Source: an uncultured Candidatus Actinomarina sp. (GTDB taxonomy: Bacteria; Actinomycetota; Acidimicrobiia; Actinomarinales; Actinomarinaceae). From it: a stretch of 64,000 bases of DNA. Shown one piece after another: positions 45,667 through 56,191 of the stretch. The notes beneath the pieces are model-generated. The model was not told the origin of the DNA, did not search any database, and saw nothing but the letters and a program-made list of their open reading frames with translations. How positions within the stretch are numbered: the first letter of the stretch is position 1; every line of letters begins with the position of its first letter. Position numbers and translations under genes: made by a program. Location of the stretch: the NCBI GenBank assembly GCA_902535055.1, contig CACASI010000002.1, positions 82,330 to 146,329 on the forward strand, written 5' to 3'.

Positions 45667-48312
45667 TTAAGATATTTCCGCTTGTGCAGCAGCTAATCGG
45701 GCAGTTGGGATTCTAAATGGAGAGCAAGAAATATAATCAATATCTAGAGTGTTTAAAAATTTGATTGATTTTGGATCACCAGCATGTTCACCACAAACTC
45801 CAATTTTTATATCTTTATTTATTTTTTTTCCATCAGCTGCTGATGAAGCAACTAATTTTCCAACAGTAATTTCATCAATTGAAACAAAAGGATCAACATC
45901 AAAAATATTTTTCTCTACATATTCATTCAAAAATTTAGATGCGTCATCTCTTGATAAACCAAGGGTTGTTTGAGTTAAATCATTTGTTCCATATGAAAAG
46001 AAATCTGCATGTTCTCCAATTGCCGATGAATTCAAGGCAGCACTAGGTAGCTCAATCATAGTTCCTAGCTGGTAATCAAAATTAAAGTCAGGTTCTTTAT
46101 TCAAGCTTTCAATTTTTTTGGTTATAATCTTTTTCATTTTTGTAAATTCACTTGCATTCATTATTAAAGGAATCATTATTTCAGGTTTAATTATGATCTT
46201 TTCTTTTTGATAAATTTCATAACTAGCTTTAAAAATTGCCTCAACTTGCATCTCATAAATTTCTGGATAACTTAAACCTAAACGTACACCCCGATGACCT
46301 AACATTGGGTTACTTTCACTAATCTTCGATAAAACTTCAGAAACATATGCGGTTGAAACTCTTAAAGAACTAGCTAATTCAGAAATTTCAATATCACTTT
46401 TTGGTAAGAATTCGTGCATTGGTGGATCAAGTAGTCGAACAGTTATCGGTTTGTCTTTTAAAAGCCTAAATATTTCAACAAAATCATTTATTTGAAAATC
46501 AATAATTTTATTTAATGCTCTTTTTCTACCTTGCTTATTGTTTGCCAAAATCATCTCTCTCATAGGAAGTATTCTTTCACCTTCAAAAAACATATGTTCT
46601 GTTCTGCATAAACCAATTCCATCAGCACCAAACTCTAAAGATTTGGCTGTGTCATTTATTGTTTCTGCATTTGCTCTAATTGAAAGTTTTTTAAAATCAT
46701 CGCACCATGCCATCAAAGTATTAAATTCATCTGTCAATTTTGCAGACTCTAACTCAACTTCCCCTAGAAAAATCTCACCAGTAGATCCGTCTAATGAAAT
46801 TAAATCACCTTCTTCAATAGTTATTTGACCATTAGATATTTTTCTTTCACCTTTATCAATTTTGAGATTTTCTGCTCCAACTATGCAAGGTTTGCCCATT
46901 CCTCTTGCAACAACAGCTGCATGGCTTGTCATGCCACCTTTTGTTGTCAATATTCCTACTGATGTAAACATTCCACTTATGTCCTCTGGGCTTGTTTCAT
47001 CTCTAACTAAAATGACTTTCTTTCCCCTTGCCGCTTCGATCTCTGCTTTTTCTGGATCGAAAACTATTTCACCTACAGCAGCTCCGGGTGAAGCATTTAA
47101 ACCTTTTTCAAACAATTTTTTACTGGCTGAGTTAACAAACTGTGGGTGTAGAACTGAAGTAATCTGATCTGCATCAATCATATTGATTGCTTCTTGTTTG
47201 CTTAATATTTTTTCATTATGCATATCAACCGCAATTTTTACACTCGCTTGGGCTGTTCTTTTTGCATTTCTAGTTTGAAGAATGAATAATTTTCCATCTT
47301 CAATCGTAAACTCAATATCTTGTGCGTCTTTATAGTGAGTTTCTAATTTATCTCCAATAGATTTAATTTTGTTAAATAGAACCGGGTTTTCTTCCTCAAG
47401 AGAAGATTGAGTGTTCTTTTCATGTTTTCCTATCGGATATGGTGTCCTTATCCCTGCAACAACATCTTCTCCTTGAGCATTCATTAGATACTCCCCATAC
47501 AATTTGTTTTTTCCCGTAGATGGAAACCTTGTGAAAGCAACACCTGTTCCTGAAGATTCATTTAAATTTCCAAAAACCATAGATTGAATAGTTGTCCCAG
47601 TACCCCAATTGTTTGGTATATTATTTATTTTTCGATAAGTAACAGCTCGTTTGTTTAGCCAGCTTTTAAATACTGCCTCGATTGCCCCTTTGAGTTGAAT
47701 AATAGGATCTTGTGGAAAAGGGCTTCCATAAAACCTTTCAACTGTGGTTTTAAAAGCATCGATGATCCATTGCAATTGTTCAGAATCAAAATCATTATCT
47801 TTTTCAACTCCATCGATCCTTTTTTTATTATCAATAATTGCCTCAAATCTGTCCATTTCAATTTCTAGAACAACATTTCCATACATTTGAATTAATCGAC
47901 GATACGAATCAAGTGCAAATCTTTCATCATTAAAGTTAGATGCTAAAGCATCTACATTTTTGTCATTAATTCCAATATTTAAAATAGAATCCATCATTCC
48001 TGGCATTGATACTTTTGCTCCCGATCTAACAGATAATAAGAGAGGTGTTTTATCGTCATTAAATTTCTTTTTTGTTAATTTTTCTAAGTTAGTAAGTGCT
48101 GTTTCTAATTCTTTATCAAATTTATCTGGAAAAGATTTGTTCTCTATGAAATAATTACAAACCTCTGTCGTTACTGTAAACCCTGGAGGGACATTAATTC
48201 CAAGACTGGACATCTCGGCCAAATTTGCTCCTTTGCCTCCAAGCAAATCCACCATAGATCTATCTCCTTCAGTTTTGGTGGAGGAAAATTGATAAATGAG
48301 TTTATTATTCAT
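45667..48312 (-). CDS. ppdK: pyruvate, phosphate dikinase
   Basis: 881 aa. GGMTSHAAVVARGMG phospho-His motif and the C-terminal PEP-utilising TIM barrel (GTNDLTQ, SCSPFRIP). Confidence 0.95.
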   Translation of the reverse strand: MNNKLIYQFSSTKTEGDRSMVDLLGGKGANLAEMSSLGINVPPGFTVTTEVCNYFIENKSFPDKFDKELETALTNLEKLTKKKFNDDKTPLLLSVRSGAKVSMPGMMDSILNIGINDKNVDALASNFNDERFALDSYRRLIQMYGNVVLEIEMDRFEAIIDNKKRIDGVEKDNDFDSEQLQWIIDAFKTTVERFYGSPFPQDPIIQLKGAIEAVFKSWLNKRAVTYRKINNIPNNWGTGTTIQSMVFGNLNESSGTGVAFTRFPSTGKNKLYGEYLMNAQGEDVVAGIRTPYPIGKHEKNTQSSLEEENPVLFNKIKSIGDKLETHYKDAQDIEFTIEDGKLFILQTRNAKRTAQASVKIAVDMHNEKILSKQEAINMIDADQITSVLHPQFVNSASKKLFEKGLNASPGAAVGEIVFDPEKAEIEAARGKKVILVRDETSPEDISGMFTSVGILTTKGGMTSHAAVVARGMGKPCIVGAENLKIDKGERKISNGQITIEEGDLISLDGSTGEIFLGEVELESAKLTDEFNTLMAWCDDFKKLSIRANAETINDTAKSLEFGADGIGLCRTEHMFFEGERILPMREMILANNKQGRKRALNKIIDFQINDFVEIFRLLKDKPITVRLLDPPMHEFLPKSDIEISELASSLRVSTAYVSEVLSKISESNPMLGHRGVRLGLSYPEIYEMQVEAIFKASYEIYQKEKIIIKPEIMIPLIMNASEFTKMKKIITKKIESLNKEPDFNFDYQLGTMIELPSAALNSSAIGEHADFFSYGTNDLTQTTLGLSRDDASKFLNEYVEKNIFDVDPFVSIDEITVGKLVASSAADGKKINKDIKIGVCGEHAGDPKSIKFLNTLDIDYISCSPFRIPTARLAAAQAEIS

Positions 48313-48339
48313 TAGGTTTGATATTCTTATCTTAATATA

Positions 48340-49383
48340 GTGATGAAAAATATATTAGTCGTTGGCACTGGAACAATTGGGGAACCACTAATTGGTCTTC
48401 TTGCTCAGCATAAAGAAAAACTGGGAATCGACAACATCTCGTTTTTTAAAAGAACTCCACTTTCAGATGAAAAAGGGAAAGTAGAAGCTTTGATTAGAAA
48501 AGGTGCAAAGCTAGTTGCTACTTCAGAAGCAAAAAATGATTTTGAATCTATGGGTTTTAAAGTTGAAGATTTAGAGAAAAGTTATGAAGAAAACCAAGTA
48601 ATTATTGACTGTACTCCATCTGGCAACAAAAACTGGGATGAAATTTATTCAAATTTAGATAAAGATAAACGTTTTTTAGCTCAGGGTTCCGAACATGGGT
48701 TTGGTCCATTTTTTGCATGGGGTATAAATAACAATGTCTTAGCAAATGATCAAAACAAATATCTAATAGCCTCTTGTAATACCCATAATATTGCGTCTAT
48801 CCTTAAAACTTTTGTACTTGACACAGGAAAAAATTTGAATGAAGGTCGTTTTGTATGTTTAAGAAGAGCCAATGATGTTTCTCAGAATGATTCATTCTCT
48901 CCCTCCCCAACAATTACAAAACATGATAATCAAGAATTTGGGACTCATCATGCACGAGATGTCTTTGAATTATTTAAACAGGAAGGAAAAGAATTAAATT
49001 TATTTTCTTCAGCTATAAAGTTACCAACTCAATACATGCATACATTATGGTTTAATCTATCTTTTGAGAAAAACACTGAACTAAAAGAGGCTCTAGGTTG
49101 TTTAGAAAGTAGTGAATTTTTGATGTCTACTGAGAAATTATCTTCAAATAAGGTATTTTCCTTTGGGCGGGATCATGGTTACCACGGTAGATTGCTTTCC
49201 CATGGAATTATTGCAAAGGATTCACTTCACGTAAAGGAAAATAATTTAACAGGATATTGCTTTACCCCACAAGATGGAAATGCATTATTATCTTCTGTTG
49301 CAGCATCTGTAAATTATTTTTATGAAGACAGTTGGATTGAAAAAATGACTGTTTTTAATAAGTACATATTTAAGAATATTTAA
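48340..49383 (+). CDS. archaeal-type (type II) glyceraldehyde-3-phosphate dehydrogenase-like protein
   Basis: Collinear with remembered Methanothermus GAPDH blocks: VGTGTIG vs NGYGTVG, IIDCTPSG vs VIDCTPEG, AQGSEHG vs FQGGEKH, IASCNTHNI vs VVSCNTTGL (catalytic Cys), LRRANDV vs VRRGADP, THHARDV vs SHHGPDV, LPTQYMH vs VPTTLMH. Confidence 0.6.
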   Translation: MMKNILVVGTGTIGEPLIGLLAQHKEKLGIDNISFFKRTPLSDEKGKVEALIRKGAKLVATSEAKNDFESMGFKVEDLEKSYEENQVIIDCTPSGNKNWDEIYSNLDKDKRFLAQGSEHGFGPFFAWGINNNVLANDQNKYLIASCNTHNIASILKTFVLDTGKNLNEGRFVCLRRANDVSQNDSFSPSPTITKHDNQEFGTHHARDVFELFKQEGKELNLFSSAIKLPTQYMHTLWFNLSFEKNTELKEALGCLESSEFLMSTEKLSSNKVFSFGRDHGYHGRLLSHGIIAKDSLHVKENNLTGYCFTPQDGNALLSSVAASVNYFYEDSWIEKMTVFNKYIFKNI

Positions 49384-49388
49384 AAGTA

Positions 49389-49904
49389 GTGAAAGAAACA
49401 ATATGGTCTGGAATGGGAATAATACTTTTTGTAGTTGCAATAATTTGGCTAATTGTAACTTTGAGCAGAAAAATTAATAAAGCACTAAAAAAATCTGCAG
49501 AAATATTAAATTTCCAAACTGATATTCCAAGAAATATATTAAGAAAGAAAAAAATCTTTGGTGAACTAGACGGTTATAAATGTGAGGTTGAAGTTTATAC
49601 AAGAAGTCATGGCAGATCTTCTACAACCTATGTTTCTTTCTATGCTTATTTCCCTAATAGCTTAGATATGGGTATAAAAATAAATTGGAAAGGTGAAATT
49701 GATGGTGACGATGAGCATCTAACAGACTTATTTGTTCAAAGAAATGATCGAATAGTTGAAGAAGCTCAAAAAACTTTGAGAAAATTGAGGATATCCGATA
49801 CTGTTGTAAATTCCAGAAAAATATTATTTATAAAGTATTACAAACCTGATGAAATTGTTAAAACTATGAAAGATGTAGTGAGCTTGGCAAAAAGTCTAAA
49901 ATAG
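49389..49904 (+). CDS. hypothetical membrane-anchored protein
   Basis: GTG start, a single N-terminal TM segment, no family recognised. Confidence 0.45.
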   Translation: MKETIWSGMGIILFVVAIIWLIVTLSRKINKALKKSAEILNFQTDIPRNILRKKKIFGELDGYKCEVEVYTRSHGRSSTTYVSFYAYFPNSLDMGIKINWKGEIDGDDEHLTDLFVQRNDRIVEEAQKTLRKLRISDTVVNSRKILFIKYYKPDEIVKTMKDVVSLAKSLK

Positions 49905-49908
49905 AAAA

Positions 49909-50472
49909 TTAAATTTTAAGAATTTGTTCAAGTTTGTCGTATGCACGATTTTCAATGTTTTTAATTTTGGTTAAAAGTTCAGAATCATATTTTTTTGCTT
50001 CTTTCCAAACTGGAACCATGCCGTTCCACACTCCCTCACCTTTTAGTTTAGAATAAAAAGCTGCTCCAATGTGCATAGCAATTAATACATAACTAAGTAA
50101 TGCAGAGAATTCATGTAATGCGACAGCGAAATCAATCCCTCCAATTCCAAAATTAAATAAAGCTGCAATCAAAAGGCCTGTGGTTGGCAACATTATCAAA
50201 ACAGAGTAGATGAGTCTATGCATAGCCTTTGCAAGAAATAAATGGCCTGGCCTTATCTCTTTGGTTGCTCCAAGAAGTGTTGGTGCATCTTTCATATAGA
50301 AATACCTTATTAAAACAATAATCAAGAAAAATATTGCAAATATTATTTCAAGATTAAGTAGTGAGGGATCCTCAAGCTCACTCAAATCATCAACTTGCTT
50401 AAATATGCCGTAAGAATATAACAAAGTAAACGTCCAGTGAATAATTTTTGAAGTTTTACTGTGTGACATCAT
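49909..50472 (-). CDS. cytochrome b561 family protein
   Basis: 4 TM with conserved His positions (IIHWTF, MHRLIY, LHEFSA, MHIGAAF), typical of the CybB/PF01292 family. Confidence 0.65.
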   Translation of the reverse strand: MMSHSKTSKIIHWTFTLLYSYGIFKQVDDLSELEDPSLLNLEIIFAIFFLIIVLIRYFYMKDAPTLLGATKEIRPGHLFLAKAMHRLIYSVLIMLPTTGLLIAALFNFGIGGIDFAVALHEFSALLSYVLIAMHIGAAFYSKLKGEGVWNGMVPVWKEAKKYDSELLTKIKNIENRAYDKLEQILKI

Positions 50473-50494
50473 AAAATGTTTTAAATTTTATTAC

Positions 50495-51826
50495 TTATAC
50501 TAACTCGAAAGACTTGATTATATTTTCCAAACCTTCTTTTGCATCAGCGAAAAGCATTTTTGCATTTTCATTTATAAATAGTGGATTTGCAATGCCTGCG
50601 TATCCAGGTGACATAGATCTTTTTATAACAATGACTTGTTTTGCAAGGTCTACATCAAGTATCGGCATTCCATAAATTGGAGAATCTTGATCAGTTCTAG
50701 CTAACGGATTGACAACATCGTTTGCTCCCAAAACTAAAACTACATCCGTTGAGGAAAACTCAGAATTTATATCTTCTAAGGTAAACATATCCTCATAATC
50801 AATATCAACCTCAGCTAAAAGAACATTCATATGACCTGGCATTCTTCCTGCAACTGGATGAATTGCAAATTTCACTTTAATATTTTTATCTTTTAACGTA
50901 TTTGTTAATTCCTTTACTGCTGATTGTGCTTGAGCTACTGCCATTCCATATCCGGGTACAATGACTACTGATTCTGCATAACTTAAATGTATTGCAACAT
51001 CTTCTGGAGAAGTGCTAATCGGATCTTTATCATACTCATTGTTAGTAGTTGTGGTTCCAAAACCCCCTTTAAGAACATCTAGAAGTGTTCGATTCATTGC
51101 AGCACACATGAGTAGTGTAAGAATAATTCCAGAAGCACCTACTAATGCACCAGCCACGATCAAAATAATGCTATTTACTATAAACCCTGCTGACATAGCC
51201 GCAATTCCAGATAGCGAGTTTAAGAATGCTATGACAACTGGCATATCTGCTCCACCAATAACAGCGACTCGTATGACTCCAGCAATTAATGCAACCAAAA
51301 TAATAAATTCATACAAAAAGGTGTCCATTTCTAAAATTGCTGGAATTATTAAAATTGTAGGAAGAAATACTGAAAATATGTTGCCTAATTTTGTACTGAA
51401 GTTATTTAATTTGCCACGGAGTTTCAATACAGCAATAAGACTTCCCGAAAAAGTGAATATTCCAATAACCATTGAGAAGATTGCTACGAAAACATCAGAA
51501 ATTGGTAAGGAAGTATTAGATAACTCAACATAGGCAATTGCACCAGATGCTCCTCCCCCAAAGCCATTAAATAATCCAACCAATTCAGGCATCTGTGTCA
51601 TCTGAACTCGTTTTGATATTAAAACTCCAAGAAGTCCAGAAACAACAATTGTGATGTAAAAAGCAGAATCATATTTAGAAAAATCAAAATTAAAAGCACT
51701 AAATACAGCTAGTGCCATGGCCAGCATCGCAAAAGAATTTGCTCTATGTGCAGTTGACGGTCTTCCAAAGAGTTTTAAAGCAAATATAAATAAAACAGCA
51801 GAGATCAATAATATTATTTCAATCAT
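50495..51826 (-). CDS. pntB: NAD(P) transhydrogenase subunit beta
   Basis: Polytopic N-terminal part plus the dIII domain (PGYGMAVAQAQ, HPVAGRMPGHMNVLLAE). Confidence 0.93.
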   Translation of the reverse strand: MIEIILLISAVLFIFALKLFGRPSTAHRANSFAMLAMALAVFSAFNFDFSKYDSAFYITIVVSGLLGVLISKRVQMTQMPELVGLFNGFGGGASGAIAYVELSNTSLPISDVFVAIFSMVIGIFTFSGSLIAVLKLRGKLNNFSTKLGNIFSVFLPTILIIPAILEMDTFLYEFIILVALIAGVIRVAVIGGADMPVVIAFLNSLSGIAAMSAGFIVNSIILIVAGALVGASGIILTLLMCAAMNRTLLDVLKGGFGTTTTNNEYDKDPISTSPEDVAIHLSYAESVVIVPGYGMAVAQAQSAVKELTNTLKDKNIKVKFAIHPVAGRMPGHMNVLLAEVDIDYEDMFTLEDINSEFSSTDVVLVLGANDVVNPLARTDQDSPIYGMPILDVDLAKQVIVIKRSMSPGYAGIANPLFINENAKMLFADAKEGLENIIKSFELV

Positions 51827-52106
51827 TTTTCTTGAACATTCCTAATATTCGACCAGTAACTGAAAACCCACCAACAATGTTGAGAGTTGCAAATGCAATG
51901 GCAATTAATACAATAATTTGAAGTATCTGAGAGTCTCCTACTTCTGGATATATAAGAATTGCTGCAATTAATGTAATTCCAGAAATAGCATTTGAACCAG
52001 ACATTAGAGGAGTATGTAATGTCTGAGGAATTTTAGATATAAGTTCGTATCCAATGAAGCTTGCTAGAAAAGTTATTAACAATGTAAGTAAAAAAGTTGC
52101 TTCCAT
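51819..52106 (-). CDS. pntAB: NAD(P) transhydrogenase subunit alpha part 2
   Basis: 95-aa membrane subunit with HTPLMSGSNAISG, located between pntAA and pntB with overlapping junctions. Confidence 0.88.
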   Translation of the reverse strand: MEATFLLTLLITFLASFIGYELISKIPQTLHTPLMSGSNAISGITLIAAILIYPEVGDSQILQIIVLIAIAFATLNIVGGFSVTGRILGMFKKND

Positions 52107-53119
52107 TATGAACTCATTTCTACAAAAATCTCATCATCACTATTTTCTATAAATAATTCTATTAAATTTCTGACATTCTCTGAATACAATTTTGTAGCCG
52201 CATGTTTTACAGTATTTAGAATATCTGTTTCACCAACTATCTTTACATTATTAATTTGAACAACTTTGTTTACCTCTGTACCTTCACAGTTTCCGCCTGT
52301 TCCAGCTGCTAAGTCAATAATCACAGAATTTTCTCTCATATTTTTAATGGTTGACTTTTCAATTAAGACAGGTGCTTTTTTTCCAGGTATTTGAGCAAAT
52401 GTTAAAACAATATCACTATCGAGAACTTGTTTCTTTAATGCTTCTTGAATTTTCTGATTTTCTTCTTCTGAGATCTCTTGCGCGTATACGCTATCTTGAG
52501 CTTCTGTATTTGCTTCTACAAATTTAGCACCTAAAGATTCAACTTGATCCTTAGCTTCTTTTCTAATATCAAAAGCCCAAACTCTGGCACCAAGTCTTTT
52601 TGCAGTTGCAATCGCTTGAAGGCCTGCAACTCCGACTCCAAGAATTAACACTTTGGTCGGTTGGATGTTTCCTGCAGCAGTTGTCATCATTGGTACTACG
52701 TCGGATGTCTCTTTTGCTGCTCTCAAAACTGAAGCATATCCAAGCAAGTTGGCTTGGGAAGAGAGAGCATCTAAATTTTGAGCTCTTGAAATTCTAGGAA
52801 GTTTGAAGAAACTTAGTACTTTGATATCGGGCCTTAAGTTTTTAATTTCTTCAATCTTTTCAAAATCAAATATTCCAATGAGCACTGCTCCTTTTTTAAG
52901 ATCCTTTATTGTTTTACTTTCAATATTTTCTACACAAGCAACAATATCTAAATCACTTATTTTAGAAATAATTTTCACATTTTCTTGATTAGATTCTTTG
53001 TAGTTTAGAGAATTAAATATATCTTTTTCTAAATACACATCAGATAGATATTTCTCGATAGATTCGGGGTGTATTGGAGCCCTATATCCATAGACATCTG
53101 TTAAAAATCCAATATTCAT
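52106..53119 (-). CDS. pntAA: NAD(P) transhydrogenase subunit alpha part 1
   Basis: AlaDH/PNT fold, with VLILGVGVAGLQAIATAKRLGA Rossmann motif. Confidence 0.9.
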   Translation of the reverse strand: MNIGFLTDVYGYRAPIHPESIEKYLSDVYLEKDIFNSLNYKESNQENVKIISKISDLDIVACVENIESKTIKDLKKGAVLIGIFDFEKIEEIKNLRPDIKVLSFFKLPRISRAQNLDALSSQANLLGYASVLRAAKETSDVVPMMTTAAGNIQPTKVLILGVGVAGLQAIATAKRLGARVWAFDIRKEAKDQVESLGAKFVEANTEAQDSVYAQEISEEENQKIQEALKKQVLDSDIVLTFAQIPGKKAPVLIEKSTIKNMRENSVIIDLAAGTGGNCEGTEVNKVVQINNVKIVGETDILNTVKHAATKLYSENVRNLIELFIENSDDEIFVEMSS

Positions 53120-53167
53120 TATTTTATTTTATTCCTATTAAGAGTTATATATAAATAAAATTAAAGG

Positions 53168-54208
53168 ATGGGAATTGCTGTATTTGCTGATAAATTTTCT
53201 GGAACTCTTTCCTCTAATGAGGTCATTAATGAAGTTAATAAAATATTTAAATATAACAATATAAAAGCTTCTTTTTTCCCTGTTACGGATGGGGGCGAAG
53301 GTTCAACTGAAATATTTAAACAATATGGTTTTAAAACAAATGAAAATCTTATGCTGCAAGATTTTACTGGTAAGTGGATCCCTGTCGAAACTTTGACAAT
53401 TAACAAACATATTTATCTTGAAACATCACAATTAATTGGTATAAACAATTCTGAAATTAATACTTTAGATCTAAATTCATCCTGCATCGCAAAAATAATT
53501 GATAATGTAGATGTTCTATCTATGGGTGGATCAAAAACAAATGATGCAGGTATTGGGCTGCTTAGCAAAATGGGTATTGATTTTTTAAAAAATGATGAAA
53601 TAATTAAGGATCCAAAACCAAGAGATTTTAAATTAATTAATAACGTCAATGTAAATGAAGATTTTAAAACACTTAATAAAAAAATTCTTATTGATACGAC
53701 CATTCCATTGTTGGGAGAAAAAAATGCTTTTAAGATATTTGGTCCTCAAAAAGGACTTAAAAAAAGTGAAATAAAAAGTATAGAAAAAAATATTGAAAGA
53801 ATTTTTGACTTACTTGAAAAAGAACTTGAGGTAAAAATTAATCCTTACAAAGAAGGAACTGGTGCCTCTGGTGGCCTTAGTTTTGCACTCAGCGAAGTAT
53901 TGGGTTGCGAAATAGTATCTGGTTCTGATTTCTTTCTAAATGAAACGAAAGTAAACAAAAAAATAAAAAAATTTGAAAATCTGATCCTGTGTGAAGGTAA
54001 GTTTGATTTTTCATCAATGAATGGAAAAGTTTTAGGTGAAATCTTAAAATTACATACCGGAAGCGCTTATTTCTTAGGTGGAAAGTTTGATTACAATGAT
54101 GAGAGTGTTTTTAAAGATGTTTTTGAATTAGGAAACAAGGGTATGAAAGACTCTAAAAAAGAATTAAGAAATGCTACTTATAAATTGGCTAAAAAAATGA
54201 AGAGTTAG
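53168..54208 (+). CDS. glycerate kinase family protein (short form)
   Basis: DKFSGTLSSNEV and PVTDGGEGS parallel GlxK DSFKESLSA / ADGGEGT. The C-terminal CEGKFDFSSMNGK parallels GEGRIDSQT..GK. Confidence 0.72.
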   Translation: MGIAVFADKFSGTLSSNEVINEVNKIFKYNNIKASFFPVTDGGEGSTEIFKQYGFKTNENLMLQDFTGKWIPVETLTINKHIYLETSQLIGINNSEINTLDLNSSCIAKIIDNVDVLSMGGSKTNDAGIGLLSKMGIDFLKNDEIIKDPKPRDFKLINNVNVNEDFKTLNKKILIDTTIPLLGEKNAFKIFGPQKGLKKSEIKSIEKNIERIFDLLEKELEVKINPYKEGTGASGGLSFALSEVLGCEIVSGSDFFLNETKVNKKIKKFENLILCEGKFDFSSMNGKVLGEILKLHTGSAYFLGGKFDYNDESVFKDVFELGNKGMKDSKKELRNATYKLAKKMKS

Positions 54209-54209
54209 T

Positions 54210-54458
54210 ATGAGTATTGTCTCTCCTTGTATTAATGTTTGTGTCAGTGATCCAGAAACTGATTTATGTTATGGATGCTCAAGAACCACAAAAGAAATTA
54301 AAGAATGGTCAAAATACAGTGATCAGGAGCAATTAGAAGTAATCAGAATAAGTCGAAGCAGAATGGATGGATGGCAACAAAAATCTTTTGATAAAGCTTA
54401 CAAAGAAAAAGTAGAAACTGGTACAAGTCCAATAAAAAAACAAAAACTTCAGGATTAA
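54210..54458 (+). CDS. DUF1289 family small Cys-rich protein
   Basis: [29 protein letters not shown] matches the DUF1289 pattern. A 1-nt gap separates it from the glycerate kinase gene. Confidence 0.75.
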   Translation: MSIVSPCINVCVSDPETDLCYGCSRTTKEIKEWSKYSDQEQLEVIRISRSRMDGWQQKSFDKAYKEKVETGTSPIKKQKLQD

Positions 54459-56164
54459 AAATTCGGTTGTTCTAATCCAAGGCTTAGATAAACCATATTT
54501 AATAAATCTTTAAAAGCCTGATCGAAGTAAGAATCAACTGTAGAATCTTGATCTAATCCATACCACCAAAACCAATCTGAACCTTCAGCAAGTAATATAT
54601 ATTCATAAGCTTGATCAAGTTGTTCTTGTGAAAAATTTCCAGATTTCTTGGCTTCTTCAAAATCTGATCTTGTTCTGTATAGATTGTCCCAAGCTTGATT
54701 TTCATCAGATTCGCCAATCCAGGTTGCGTAGTTTGGTTGGAACCATGAGGCTGGATAAAGTTGGTCAATAGTATCTAAATTGTTTCCATACAGTTCAAGA
54801 TATTCAGAGGGAGTAATTGTTTCTAGCCATTCATATTTGGTAAGTACTGAATACATTCCGTTCAGAAAATCAATTCCATCATTTGAATAGTTTTCCCAAA
54901 AGTTTTCTCCATCAGCAATGATTGATACGATAGGTACGAAATCTAAGTCAGATGTTTTTTCACGTAATTTTAGAATTGTATTTTCAAATTCATCAATTGA
55001 AAGATCTGTTCTTTTTTCTGAATAACCAAACATCTTGTCAGATAAATAATTGTCTCTAAAAAATATAGGAACTGTCTCACCGTTAGGAAGGATTGTATCC
55101 CATGGTCTGTAAAGTAGCTCTGGTTTGGACGCAACTCCCCCGACCCATCGCTGGATTCTTACGTCTAATGATTTCTCAAGAGGGTTTTGCCCAGTTGCTA
55201 TCCACGAGATTCCTTCATCATTAAAGTAAGGTAAAACTTCTTGCGCAACAGCACCCTCGGCTGGCCACATTCCATTAGGGTAAAAGCCAAAATTTTCAAA
55301 AAAGACATCTTTTCCTTTTCTAACATGTGCTTTTGCATCATCCTCGAAACTGAAGGTGTTGTCAGGAAAATTTGATGTGATATCGCCTATTTTTCCTAAA
55401 TTTGTATTGTGAATCAACGGAAGAATAGGATGGGCATACGGTGTTGTGATTAATTCAATATTGTTATTTGTATATGCTTTGAGATGTTCTGGAAGGACTT
55501 TATCAATTATTTCTTTATGGACTTCTAAAATTATTTGCTTATCCTCTTCAGAGAAATTATTTTCTTTTTTAACAATTGAAATTAATGGCTCAGATGCCAA
55601 ATAGCTTGGGTCGGTCCACCCTAAATTAAAGAGAACTTGAAGATCTATATAATCTTGTGTGTTCCATTGATCTGGATTTTGTCTGAGATTTCTAAGTTCA
55701 ACATAACGAGGATATGTATTAATAATTCTTGAATTAATATCAAAAAATCTATCTCTAAGAAACTTTTTTTCATTGTCATTTAGTTCGTCACCTTTTATCT
55801 CGGTATGAACCCAGTAAGTATCTTTTAATCCACCTGATAGTTCATTTAATTGCTTCATTAACGTTGGTGTTAAATTAAAAGTAACCCTCAGATCCTCATA
55901 CTTTTGAACCATCTCAACCATATCAAGATAATCTTTTGTTGCATGTAGCCTAACCCAGGGTTTCGAAAAATTTCCATCAATATCTTTTGGATAATATGGC
56001 TGATGTTGATGCCATAATAACATTACATATAATTCTGGTTCTTCTAAAGGTGTTTCAACAATTGGTACAACCGTAGTTGTTGTCTCTTCCTCTAAAACTT
56101 CGATGTTTGAATTTTGTGAACAAAAAGTAACAAACGTTAATAAAAATATTGCGTACTTTTTCAT
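54455..56164 (-). CDS. glycoside hydrolase family 57 enzyme with N-terminal export signal
   Basis: GH57 blocks [41 protein letters not shown]. The N-terminal hydrophobic segment ends FVTFCSQNS. Confidence 0.88.
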   Translation of the reverse strand: MKKYAIFLLTFVTFCSQNSNIEVLEEETTTTVVPIVETPLEEPELYVMLLWHQHQPYYPKDIDGNFSKPWVRLHATKDYLDMVEMVQKYEDLRVTFNLTPTLMKQLNELSGGLKDTYWVHTEIKGDELNDNEKKFLRDRFFDINSRIINTYPRYVELRNLRQNPDQWNTQDYIDLQVLFNLGWTDPSYLASEPLISIVKKENNFSEEDKQIILEVHKEIIDKVLPEHLKAYTNNNIELITTPYAHPILPLIHNTNLGKIGDITSNFPDNTFSFEDDAKAHVRKGKDVFFENFGFYPNGMWPAEGAVAQEVLPYFNDEGISWIATGQNPLEKSLDVRIQRWVGGVASKPELLYRPWDTILPNGETVPIFFRDNYLSDKMFGYSEKRTDLSIDEFENTILKLREKTSDLDFVPIVSIIADGENFWENYSNDGIDFLNGMYSVLTKYEWLETITPSEYLELYGNNLDTIDQLYPASWFQPNYATWIGESDENQAWDNLYRTRSDFEEAKKSGNFSQEQLDQAYEYILLAEGSDWFWWYGLDQDSTVDSYFDQAFKDLLNMVYLSLGLEQPNF

Positions 56165-56191
56165 TTAGCAATTATAAATAATTTCTAAGAG

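Noticed and set aside
51012-51533. A 173-aa plus-strand ORF inside pntB. Similar antisense or out-of-frame ORFs occur at 4129-4323, 5565-5762, 9268-9516, 10309-10548, 16647-16868, 23136-23372, 32162-32470, 34704-35519, 39404-39820, 46538-47167, 56778-57200 and 63527-63946.
   Set aside because: All lie wholly within well-supported conserved CDS on the opposite strand or in another frame. They have no recognisable motifs or ribosome-binding context, so I treat them as spurious.
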